Source of the DNA: Enoplolaimus lenunculus
Lineage: Eukaryota
Length of the DNA stretch: 64,000 bases
Direction of reading: 5' to 3'
Assembly: GCA_030248215.1 (NCBI GenBank)
Contig: JASANG010002574.1
Coordinates: 186,001-250,000 of the forward strand
The position numbers and the translations under genes were made by a program. The notes beneath the pieces were generated by a model, which saw nothing but the letters and a program-made list of their open reading frames with translations, did no database searches and was not told the DNA's origin. Shown one piece after another: positions 12,807 to 24,323 of this stretch (positions are counted from its first letter, which is position 1; each line of letters begins with the position of its first letter).

Positions 12807-13982
12807 ATGTATGCCATAATACTGTTCACTTGTGGCGTATTAATTCAGTCTTGTATTGGTCAAAACGACCGACCGCTGTCATGCCCGTTGGATTGTTTAA
12901 GCGTTATTGACAAACTCGACACAAATTCTGACATAACATCAGACCGATTTGAAGAGGTTTGTTCGATTATTCAATCAGTCAAACCGTGTATTTTATCGTG
13001 TAAAGATGGTGAATACCATTACAATTATTTTAAACGTGTGATCCCGTCGTACGAATCGCTCGTTGAACTGTGTACCAATGACGACGACAATCGTGATGAT
13101 TTGAGCAGCGAATCTTCAGTTGCGTTGCGTTCGCAATTGTTCAACGTCGACGACAACGAAGACAGCGACGAAATTTTAAGCTGCGTTCAAAAATGCGATT
13201 TTCATTTGGCAACATTGCGTTCGAATCGCGCCAGCGGTGATGTATCGAGTCGAAGTGAAATATGTGACACGTTTGACGGTTATTCAAGTTGCGTTCGTGG
13301 ATGTCCAAACGGCCAAATGATGTTCGATATGGTTCGCGAACGAATGTCGGCGACGTTTGATAAAATCAATTCGTTTTGTTCGGCGAAAAACAGCAGCAAC
13401 CGACAGGGTCGGTTCAGTGAGTCCCGTGACCGATTAACAACGAAAACGTCGTGCGCTGAACGATGCATGAAACAGTATGATGCAGTTGCGTCACCGCTGG
13501 CTGTACTTTCGCAAGGACCGGCAGTGATGTGTAACGGCTACGCAGATTTGAAATCGTGTTTGGTTTCATGTCCTGACGGCGCACAAATATGGTCGATCCT
13601 GGTACGAGTTGGATCCCGAGCGGTGAAAACTATCAAAGAACAATGCTCAATCGATACCGCTGATGATGTTTTAAGCGGACTACCGGACACGTCAAGTTCA
13701 CTTGTACCAACGAACAATCCGATTGCCGAAAAAATGCTAACCTGTGTTCAAAATTGTCAAATTCATCTTGCTGGCTTGACTGACGCTGCGGCGTCATCAT
13801 CGTCGATAACAGCTCGCGATTCGGACGAGTCTGCCGAGTCAAAATTGGCGAATATGTGCTCAAATTTGAACGACTACGAGTCGTGTGTTCGCGAATGCCC
13901 GTTCGGTGATAAGATTGTTAAAAAAGCACAACAAATGATGCCACAAACAATGGCTCAAGTTCGTCTTTTGTGTATGTCGTAA
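12807..13982 (+). CDS. Secreted cysteine-rich protein, 391 aa, four tandem CPG4-like six-Cys domains
   Basis: Long single-exon ORF with CCACCATG start context. Signal peptide MYAIILFTCGVLIQSCIG. Four units such as CVQKC...ICDTFDGYSSCVRGCPNG...SFC. TTTCAG acceptor at 12766-12771 just upstream (possible trans-splice site). Confidence 0.9.
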   Translation: MYAIILFTCGVLIQSCIGQNDRPLSCPLDCLSVIDKLDTNSDITSDRFEEVCSIIQSVKPCILSCKDGEYHYNYFKRVIPSYESLVELCTNDDDNRDDLSSESSVALRSQLFNVDDNEDSDEILSCVQKCDFHLATLRSNRASGDVSSRSEICDTFDGYSSCVRGCPNGQMMFDMVRERMSATFDKINSFCSAKNSSNRQGRFSESRDRLTTKTSCAERCMKQYDAVASPLAVLSQGPAVMCNGYADLKSCLVSCPDGAQIWSILVRVGSRAVKTIKEQCSIDTADDVLSGLPDTSSSLVPTNNPIAEKMLTCVQNCQIHLAGLTDAAASSSSITARDSDESAESKLANMCSNLNDYESCVRECPFGDKIVKKAQQMMPQTMAQVRLLCMS

Positions 13983-14405
13983 ATATTTCGCGGCGTGGCC
14001 TAAAGTTCACAAGATTGACGCTTTTTTATATAAATCGAGTAAATCCTGTTAATTTTGACATAAACGCGAACCTGACGAGCCACTAATGCAAAATCTTGAA
14101 TTAAAGTTTCAAACGTATCCAAACAGTGATTGGCATCTCTATTTTGATATATAACTGCGTATGTGCTTTGAAATTTAGCGCAACCCATGCACTTTTCAAC
14201 TGGTGCTTAAGTATACTATTTTAAATTTAAAATTTAAAATTATTAAAATTTTAAACTATAAGATTTCCGTCGCTTCCGTAGAATTCATTACTTATATACT
14301 GGACGTTAATCTTGGATACTTGTGTATAAAAAGTTTTCTTTTCAAATTATGATTATTGGGTATAAAACTCGAAAGCGCATTATATTTTGAAGATTTTGGC
14401 AGTAC

Positions 14406-14676
14406 GGCCCAAGTTACTTTAAGCAGCGTCCAGGTTTCTGGTGGGCCTATAAAAGAGTACGTTTAGGTTCTAGATTACATTTTTTGCTTAGGCTTTAGAC
14501 TTAGGCTTAGGAACACATTTTTGCAACGCTTAGGCTTAGGCTTAGGTTAGGAACACACTTTGGCAACGCTTACCTTAGGCTTAGGTTTAGGAACACTGTT
14601 TTGCAACGCTTAGGCTTAGGCTTAGGCTGAGGAATACGCTTAATCTACTGTTACGCCCGTTAAAGTAACATTGGGC
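14406..14676. mobile_element. Family A MITE with internally amplified TTAGGC-containing units
   Basis: GGCCCAAGTTAC ... GTAACATTGGGC ends and three tandem TTAGGAACAC..TTGCAACGC(TTAGGC)n units. Confidence 0.8.
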
Positions 14677-15275
14677 AAAATATGGATGGCGTAACAACTT
14701 TTTAGTCAATTTTTTTGTATTTTCACTTCTGGTTACGGGTATTTTGGCGATTTTTTTATAATATTTTGAAACGAATTTTTTTGTTCCTTTTTGTTTCTTG
14801 TCTTTTTTTGTTTATGTTTTATTTATGTGTAGATTGTTTGTTTTGAAAACAAAACGAAGTGACCGAACTAATTTTTAAACAAACCACCTGGTGGGGCCCA
14901 TGCTATGTGCACAGGGTTTTAAGTAATCCGGTAGCAATTGGACTGCTATTTCCGTTGCATAACGAATCGTCGTTATGCGACTGAAATAGCAATCTGATGT
15001 AACGAGATAAATATTTTGTGGTTTAAAATTTTTTCGTGGCTTAGTGAAAATAACTCAAATTTAGCTTAAAAAATATAAGATGCAAATATTTAAATTAACA
15101 AAAGAAATTTGATATTTGAAAAAGTCAGCGCAATAAAAGTACGTTGCTTCTTTTATTTCTAATACTTTCATTGAATATTAATACAAAATGATATTTTGAA
15201 TTTTTTATGTAAAATATCCGAAAGAAGGTAATCTTTTTAAAATAAAATTTTATATTCCCAACGTTAAACAAAAAT

Positions 15276-15444
15276 GGCTCACATAAAGATCAGGAGCGGA
15301 ACGTTTGTCTGTGGGACTGCAATAGACTAAGCTTTAGCTTTAGACTAATTTTTTGCTTATCTTATTCTTACGCTTAGGCTTAGGCTCAGGCTTAGAAAAA
15401 TGCGTATTTATACTACTGTTACGGCCCTGTTCTATACAGTGGTT
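15276..15444. mobile_element. Family A MITE
   Basis: 8-bp TSD ACAAAAAT on both sides, with TTAGGC tracts inside. Confidence 0.8.
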
Positions 15445-16040
15445 ACAAAAATGGTTGAATTCAACTATTGATGGCGGATCCGGAACGGACCAGCCAGGCT
15501 GTGAATCAGCGAGTTGACTTCTGTCTTAAAATATTCCTTGCATTGGCGTTTCATGAAAACGGTGGAACCAATAGCAATGAAATAGTAATAAAAACAAATA
15601 CAATTCTTGGGACTGGCCACTAGCGGATGCAGAGGGTACCGGGGAACTACGCCAACGTGAGAATTTTTTTGTGATAAAATGATAAGGCCACTAGCTTACA
15701 ATTTTTCTCCCTCAGAAAACTTTTGGTGACAAAAATTACAAGTTGCCTATACAGTAAAAATTGCGTTTCATAACACTTGCCAGTCCACCTCGTCGCATTT
15801 GAAATTTCAGAATCCACCTTTGGGACTGGCACGAAATAAACGCCAACTGATATTAAATGTTTTGAAAATTTGATTTAAAATCAGAAACGTCTTGTTTTTG
15901 AATTTTACACTGAGGTCACGGCAAAAATTGTACGAATTAAAATTAAGAATGGCGTTGCACAGGTTTGTTAGGTATACATTTGTTAAACATTAATTTGAAT
16001 CTGTGCTAAATTAGCGTTCAACTGGTCTTCAACCGCGAGT

Positions 16041-17744
16041 CTACGGTATTTCTGCGCTTAATCCGGCTGGACTTGAATTTGGTTGTAAATTTCGCAATGC
16101 AGGATTTGTGCCGGACGGCGTTCGAAATATCCAACATTCATCTGGTGAACGTGACAGCGCATCGGCACTTTGAGCTACTCGAAACCCAGCGTTTGGTTTA
16201 GCATCCTAAAATTTAATCATTGGTGGATCCAGGATGGACAAAATGGGACTTTACCCGCAAGTACCCGTGGGTACCCGCGGGGGTTGAGATTTGTATCACG
16301 CGGGTAAAAAATTGACAATTTGACCAGCCTAAAATTTTTAAGCGTTAAGGTGCAACACATACGCTATCAATCAAGATCGTCAGTAGTCGTTGAAAAAGCA
16401 AAAGTTCGGTGCTTTATTTAGTTGGGTTTGAAATTTCGCTGTTTCTAGTACGCGTTCATGTGTAAAAAACTTCGTTAACGTTCAAATCGCCAGCGATCGT
16501 TACGTTACTGGTTTAACTTCAAGCGCAGGTAAAACGTGAGACGTGGGTAGATTTTTTTAACGTGGGGTCAATCCGCGGATAAAAATTGTTATTTGCCTGG
16601 ATAAAGCGTGGGTCGGGTAAAAAAATCCTTACCAACATTCCACTCTGGATGGGAGATGTATTCACCACCGTACCTGTCTAGCTAAATCATTTACACGATT
16701 CATATGAAGCTTACAATAAATAATAATGGAGCATCCACGTTATAACGCTCGCGAAAAAGTAAACAATTGTCCTGTCCCTCCGAGGATCAACGTTGTGTGA
16801 ACAGAGTGGGCTAAGACAGTAGGTGTTACGCGAATAACTTATCCTTACAGAGTACCGACAATAAACATAACCAGTTTGGAAGCTTATATTTGTCTTAACC
16901 TTACGGCAATAACATGTTTTTGTCCCTATGCCATATGCCCAGTGTACAAATTTACTGAGTCCCTCCGAAGGGACTATTTAAACAAAACTGTGTGCGTGTA
17001 TATACGCAAACTTCACACATTTCAAATAAAACGCTATAACAATATCTGCATTACTGCGCATACGTTAAAATGTCCATACAGCCCAAAAAACGCCATGTGT
17101 TTTGTCCGAGTCCCTTACGACAGACTGCGGACAAACACCACTATCTAAGCACACCATTATTTATGTCCAGACACTCTGGCTAATCATTTTATTGATATAG
17201 GCCCACGTAAAGATTAGGGGTGGAACGTTTTTCAGCAGGACTGCAATAGAGTACGCTTAAGCTTTAGATTAATTTTTAGCTTAGGATTAAGTATAATCTC
17301 ACTTTTACGCTTTTAGGCTTAAGCTTTAGGCATAGTTTTAGGAATATGCTTGTATACACTACTGTTACGGCCCTGTTCTGTACATTGGCTTTGAAATTTT
17401 TTATTTTTGAACAAAAGTATCAAAGTGCAACCATATAAAGACCTCAAATTAGCAATGCGGATTACTGTTAATTTCAATTCAAATACGGACCTGGTTCAAC
17501 CGTCCATTTCCCTCTTATTGTGGTCACGACGGTATCAGGCCTGTTGCAAGAGAAAAGCCAGGAGGGACTCAGCGCTCCCTGAAAGAGGTTTTGCCCCCCC
17601 CTAGAAAATTTTCAACCTTGCTTGTAACTCATCAAAAACCCTTATATGCTCCTCCTGAAGGTAAATGTTAAAATTTATGTTTACCTGACTCATTGCCACA
17701 GCGATCAAAACCGCAGTTACCGTCGAAACTATGAACAGACGCAT
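16041..17744 (-). CDS. Small secreted protein, 74 aa, two exons (17744-17685; 16205-16041)
   Basis: Exon 1 is ATG...CAG|GTAAAC and encodes signal peptide MRLFIVSTVTAVLIAVAMSQ (60 nt, phase 0). Acceptor TTTTAG|GAT. Exon 2 is DAKPNAGFRVAQSADALSRSPDECWIFRTPSGTNPALRNLQPNSSPAGLSAEIP*. TTTTCAG acceptor at about 17799 upstream of the ATG. Confidence 0.65.
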
Positions 17745-18731
17745 TTTAATATTAATAATTTTAATGATAACTCGCGGAAAGGAATTGTTTACTTTTTTCT
17801 GAAAACTAATGACAGGAATTGGTATCATACTTTAATTTCCGCTTTATTTTGTAACATTTGTCAAATTATCCGCTCTGCTGAATTAGGGTTGCGCGATTAT
17901 TGACGTCTGGCGCCGTCCGGCGCCGTCCATCACCGTGTGCCGCCAACAGGTTTCATAAATTCAGTTGGACCGCAGTGGTTAATGTATATAACACGGCTGT
18001 GAGAGTATAGAAATGCATATTACTAATTCTAAACCTAAGCGTAAGAATGAGCTCGTACATAAGTCTAAAGCATAAGCAAAAAATTAGTCTAAAGCTAACG
18101 CTGACTTATTTAGCTTACAGTAGTAGAATTAGCAGTGCCTTCAGCTTGAACCTTTATCCAATCAAATACGTCAAAATACAAAATAAGTTGGCTGAAAAAA
18201 AATTTAAATTTTACCTTTAAATTTCAACGCACAACTCTATTTATAGACAGACGTAAAAATGTGGTACATACGTGAACAGCTTAAACTGAATGGAAATCGA
18301 ATCACAATTAAACAACTCAATTGTGAAATATGTAATATTTATATTTCAAACAACAGAATCTATGCAAAAATATATAGATCTATTTTCTTAGCCAATATTA
18401 TCAGATGCATATAGCAACTATCATCAGTTAGTAACAGGTTTTCAAACTGACTATAACTATTGTACTTCGTGAACTAGAAATGGAACAATAGTACTACAAA
18501 TTATATGTAAAAAAATGTGCAAAATTTTGACCCTCAGCATTTACTGATTCGAAAGTTACAAGACCTATCATTAACTCTTGAGTCTTGATATGTGCTAAGC
18601 GCATTTGAGAATACGGTCGCTTGTTAAATTAAGTTTTCAAAACGCTGTAAAAGTTCTTTTTTCTTGTATGACAGCCAAGATGACTTTAAGATCGCTATTC
18701 AAAGATAGTTAACTGAAAATTTTTTGCTTAA

Positions 18732-18994
18732 CCCTTTCTCACATGAATATTTTCTATTTCCCCTGAGACCTACTGTTATGCTAGGATTCGAACTCCGGTG
18801 ACTGGAGTGGGAGGCGTATACCATCACCACTCAACTAAAGGAGCTTGACGCTCGCGCCCGAGGGGGCTCTCACGTCTTGTGGTGATTTAGTACTATGTAT
18901 ACGTGTTGCAATTGTTAAACACGGTGCGATATATATTATTTAACGCATATACACTGCGCTAAGTTGCCTATAGGCAACTCAATGTGAGAAGGGG
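18732..18994. mobile_element. piggyBac-like MITE (family F) containing a tRNA-like A-box/B-box segment
   Basis: TTAA|CCCTTTCTCACAT ... ATGTGAGAAGGGG|TTAA. Minus strand 18780-18844 reads GCTCCTTTAGTTGAGTGG...GGAGTTCGAATCCTAGC. Confidence 0.85.
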
Positions 18995-19876
18995 TTAACG
19001 ATCCTGATTTGGTTTTAGGACCAATAAGAAAACCCACTGTTTTGCTATGTAGCAAAGTAACAAATTATTAGTTAGAAAAATGCCCCTCTTTGTTTCTACA
19101 GATATAACGGCCCATATTGTCCAATGTGTGTCGCAACCTATCATCAGCTCCTAATAGGTTTTCAAACTCATTAACAATTGCAGTTGTTGAACTTAAAATT
19201 AATAGTACAGCAGTAGATCAAACCATGCGTGAAAAATGTGCTGAATTTTGAACCTCAGCATTTACTTGCGAATACGGCCAAATAAGTAAATATTGCAATT
19301 GTAACTTCGTACATTTGTAGGGTTCGTATTACTTTTTGAATAAATACTAAAGTCCCAGCAATCGAAGCAAAAATAAACATTTATCGCCAGTATTCGATAT
19401 ATACCCAGCTAATACATTATTGGTCACATCATTACTACTAATTAAACCATAATTTAAGTACTAAAAACAGCCAAAATATCGAATAGGCATAATTGACGGT
19501 TATTTTCTACCGTAACCATTTACTCTGGAGTATGCGTTCAGTTTATTGCCACTGGTTTAAAAAGGCTTTTTTCCGGGCTCCCAAAAGAAATATTAATGTT
19601 TTGAACAAAATTATAAGCCCAGGTTGTAGTGCCTATTCTGGCTGTATGTATTTTGACAAATTACACCTGCAGATGGTGGCGGTCTGCAATTGTTAATGAT
19701 CCCAAGTATTTGCGAGATTTTAATTTATGCAACATCTGTGTGGTAAAGCTGATTCAAAAACAAACGGCGAATTTTCTGTCATGTTGCTGGTTTAAGCGTA
19801 AAATCAAATAAAGCCGAAAACAAATTAAACTCATGGTCGGGCAGTTGAAATCGCATTTAAATTCGAATAAATCGGT

Positions 19877-20031
19877 GGCTCATGTATAGAATAGGGCCGG
19901 ATCGTTTTCTGGAGGGGCTGTAATAGAGTCAGTTTAAGCTTTAGACTAATTTATTTGCTTAGGCTTAGGCTTCGGCTTAGGCTTAGGAATATGCTTATAC
20001 TACTGTTCCGGTCCTGTTCTATACATGGGCC
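19877..20031. mobile_element. Family A MITE
   Basis: Perfect 8-bp TSD AAATCGGT, GGC.. ends and a TTAGGC tract. Confidence 0.9.
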
Positions 20032-21526
20032 AAATCGGTTATATATTTCACAAGTGACACGTCGTTAAGGCGGTGTATGTAATACACTTTACCACGGCGA
20101 ACCGCATTCTAACTATTACTGTTGCCAAAATAAAACTTATTTAGTATAGTCATACGCCCGTATTCATCTCACCTTGCTAGGGGTGCTAAAATTTTTCCGT
20201 GGGACTAGAATAGAATAAGCTTAAGCTTTAGACTAATTTTTTTGCTTGGCTTAGGCATAGGCTTAGGCTGTATGCTTAGGAATATGCTTATAATACTGTT
20301 CCGTCCCTGTTGTTTACATTGACCAAATTTTTCAACAGAAGCATGTTAGGTTTTTCGTTGACTTAATACAGGCAAGTTTGAAAAATTTCTAGGGGGAAAG
20401 GCAAAATTCCTGCCCCCATAATCCCCCATTGGCTAAGAGTAAAAAAGGATCAAGGGTATCAGCGATACCCCTGTACTGTCACTGGTGTATCGACTGATAA
20501 CATTGACCCTACAGCTGTTCCCGCATGACTGCTTTATACAAACTTATAAATACGGCCGTAAACTGCATTAAATATTACCAAGAGTGAATGATCACTCTTT
20601 ATAACAAGAGTGTGCAACTGGGTACATTCTGTGTATTAAAGAATGTACCCGGCACGCGTTGCGTTTTTGGCCTGCCCCCCCTTTATTTGGGAGGGAACGT
20701 TGAATATTTAGAATTTTAGCTAAAGTCGCTCCGATTATATTTTAACTCCTATGTTTACTATGTAGATTAAGTGGTGACTACCCCCCAAATCAGGGGGGGG
20801 GGGTCGAGCAAAAATGCAACGCGTGCTGGTACAGTTTGTGACATACACAACCCAAGCAGTTGCACACTCTTCTGCAAGGGGGACATCATCCACTATTGAT
20901 ATTACCAAACCGTTTATTTAGGAAGGTGCAATTTCTCTTGTTGATATGTTTGTTCGCAAATCAAGCCAGTTTTCGAAACTAAACAATTTGTCATAATGAA
21001 AATTTATTTAGCACAATATTTTTCAACGCGTCCTCAATTGTAAAATGCCACTAATTTGTCGTTGATTTCAACGAACAATGTTCAATATGTTGCCGCAACC
21101 GAATGTTGAATTAGCAGTTTTACTCATCTGCATACAATTACGATTGTAGACTGGACTTGTTACCTTAAAATTCCGGCCCTTGCATGCATCTTTCAATGCC
21201 GAAACATGAACAGGATTCTGTAAGGAAGCGACTGGGTCGACGCCTCGCTCTCTATTCAAAAGTTAATTCTTATGCCCGATTTGTGTCACGTTAGGGCAAA
21301 AAGGTCAAATTAACCGCAAACAGTTTTGATATGATCTACAGTGGTGGCAGCCGCCTCGGGATCGCAGATGCGCGATTTCGTATCGTGTGGACTCTTAGCG
21401 GAAATTGCGGTGAACGGCTTGCTCGGAGCATCTCAGCTTGGTGTTCCGAAATTCCCTATATCCTACCCGACCTATTTAATATAGGCTTAGACAGCGAGTT
21501 TTTCCTAAAAAAAGTTATTTTTATTC

Positions 21527-21556
21527 TTATTATTATTATTATTGGTGTTGTTCTTG

Positions 21557-21588
<32 letters not shown>

Positions 21589-21590
21589 GG

Positions 21591-21659
<69 letters not shown>

Positions 21660-21790
21660 GGTTGTTGTTGTTGTAGTAGTTGCTGTTGTTGTTGTTGTTG
21701 TTGGTTGTGGTGGTGTTGTTGTTGTTGTTGTTGTTGTTGTTGCTGTTGTAGGTGTTGTTGTTGTTGTTGTAGTTGTTGTGGCTGTTGTTT
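21527..21790. repeat. Imperfect (GTT)n/(CAA)n trinucleotide microsatellite with adjoining (ATT)n
   Basis: Visible directly. Source of the poly-V, poly-Q, poly-N and poly-C ORFs in the track. Confidence 0.95.
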
Positions 21791-23751
21791 CTTTTTGGCC
21801 ACTTTTGGTCTTTTTTTATTTTCTCGCTGGCTTCCCTTTTCCTTTTCTGTTGCACCAGTTGTTACCAATCGGTATCTCATTTGCATAACATTTTATCTTT
21901 TAATCAATTTTCTCAAAATTTATGCAAATTTCCCCAGACTGTATGCAAATTACCCGACTGTTAGCTAAACATTTCAGCTATATAAGAAGATGAAAAATTC
22001 TCACGAAAGCGCAGTTGTCACTTTTGGTTCGTAGCGCAATCAGTTTCTCGGTGTCTTATGTTGGTTTTAATCCAATTGCATTCAGATTGACTGGTAATAA
22101 TATACTGAAAATAGCTTTACTGTGATTTCTCGAAACAATGTCCAAAGATTCGCAAATGCGCTTGAGCAACTCCTACGATCGACGGGGGTTGCTTCCCAAA
22201 CCGCTAGTACAAGTTCTACATCATGTTCAACGCTCAATCCGAATGGCGACGACTTCGATCCGAAACGCCCCAGTGATATGTAGTCGACCGTCTTACCGTC
22301 ACTGGCGGTTATTGCAGGGGTAGAGTCAGGCCAGTATCAGTGTGTACATGAGGTAAATTGCTCTATTCTATGATTTGAAATTTCATTCAGACTTATTATA
22401 TGGTTATTTTTCCCATTGTTTTTCATTGCTAATGGGTTTTCCACACTGAAATTCGTGCCTTCGTTACTATACATGGTTTATCATTTTCTATATTAAAGTG
22501 TTCACAAATGCGTCAGTATTGCAGGAGTGATCGGAAATCTAATCACATGGGTTGATCAGTGTCATGTGTGAGTGCGCACGATGAATGATAGAATCCCGTA
22601 AAGGATTGCTAGGCTTAGCGTATATATATTTCTGGTTGGCGCCGAGTTGTTAGTTTGCTTAAACATCTTAATTCTGAATATTTCCATATTTTAAGTTAAT
22701 TGATAGCTAGCTAATCACGTAGCGTTCACAAAGTTCACTTGTTGAGCAATCTAGCGGCCCAATCATTTATCGGGGGCGAAAATTCAGGCGGTATCGAATT
22801 CCCGGTTTCGTGGAAATCCGTTTCCCTCCGGTCCAGGTCCCCTACCGATGTTATTTCCAGTTTCACCATTTTGCCTGGTCTGAGTTTTTCTCATGTACCC
22901 GTGTTAGCCCGCCAACTAGCCGTTTGGTCTGTCAATTCCATGTGGAGTGGCTGTAAAAGAGTTTCGCTTTCCTCGTGTGCTATTACCATTGATCCCTGAC
23001 CTGTCTCATGTCCCCTGTTCTACGAAGCCGGTAGATTATGTGCTTAGATGTCTGAATCCAAGGCGGCAAGGGGTAAGGCTAACTTAGTCGCGAGTGTGCG
23101 TTGCACAAGAGCTCACAGGATTCGCGTTTGCTCTAAAGGTGTTGACCTTGACGACTCGCTCCGAACTCGGGGGTACGTCTCGCTCGGCTGAAGCTCGATT
23201 TTTTCCATCTAATAAGTTCAAAGTGGCTGACAGCGGGTAGCAAACTTTCCGTCTTTTTCTTTTAAACTTATAGATTCGAATCTTAACAGGAATTTGGGCA
23301 AGAACTCGAATTTCGGTAAAACTCTGCTATCAATTTATTTAGGTGCTGCACACATTTGAGGATATCGACCCTAGAAATGGCTAAAAAAATTTAGTCACCG
23401 TAAAAAATTAATCGTAAACAAAACTTCACAATGTGCATGGTGCGTTATTTTCCGACTGATACAATAAATTTTAAATCTTTTAAACATTTTGGCTTTTATA
23501 CAGCTTACGTGTTAAAACCAAGGCCAACCGAAAAAAATAGAGAGCCACAACGAAAATGTTTAATTCAATTTTCAAAATTAACTTTACTAGCAATATACCT
23601 GTGAAAGTTTTTAAAACAATTTATCAATTTAGCAGGCTTCTGCGGACAGTTTTTTGAAAATCACAACCGTAAATGTAAATTGTGTAAGCTTTGTTAGCAA
23701 TCAAACATTAATGCTAAATCTAGTGAAATTGACGACGTTACAGCTAACACA

Positions 23752-24153
23752 CAGGGTGCAACAGTAATTCTGGTTCCGGTAGGGAAATTCGGTATTTTTC
23801 ACTATCCGGTTCCGGCAAAAAATCCGGTATTTTTCGCTAAAAATTTCCGGTATTTTCGATATTGAAAATTTTTCCTTTCTAACTTATTTCTTTAAAATTG
23901 TCTGAACGTGTATTGCCAAAATTTTCAATTTGTACCATACTTCATAATTTATCAATTTATCATACCTTTCCACCTACTGCATTTGTTTCAGGTTTTTGGC
24001 ATTTAAATGGTGTGCTTACAGCATTAAAAGCGATAAAATAGCGTTAAGAATAAAAATTTCGGTAGCAAGCATTTTTTACTTTCCAGTTCCGGCTCCGGTA
24101 TTTTTTAACTTTCCGGTTCCAGTTCCGGTATTTTAAAATTCCGGTTGCACCCT
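23752..24153. mobile_element. hAT-like MITE
   Basis: CAGGGTGCAAC ... GTTGCACCCTG TIR, imperfect 8-bp flanks CTAACACA/CTGACAGA, and many TTCCGG subterminal motifs. Confidence 0.7.
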
Positions 24154-24323
24154 GCTGACAGATTTCACAAAATTTTAAGTGTTAAAACACTTCTGCAACG
24201 ATGCTTACATTAAGAACGGTTACGGTTGTCATCTTTTATTATTAATATTATTAATATTAATAATAAGTGAATCAACAGACACAGTCTGATCTAAAATTTT
24301 ATTTGAAATTTTCGTGTCTTCAC

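Noticed and set aside
18780..18844. Intact tRNA gene
   Set aside because: A- and B-boxes are present, but the acceptor and anticodon stems do not pair convincingly, and the segment always lies inside family F MITEs.
21341..21362. TGGTGGCAGC as an LTR-retrotransposon primer-binding site
   Set aside because: Only a short match, with no paired LTRs or gag/pol ORF.
21331..21968. Poly-Val, poly-Cys and poly-Asn ORFs
   Set aside because: Alternative frames of a trinucleotide microsatellite.
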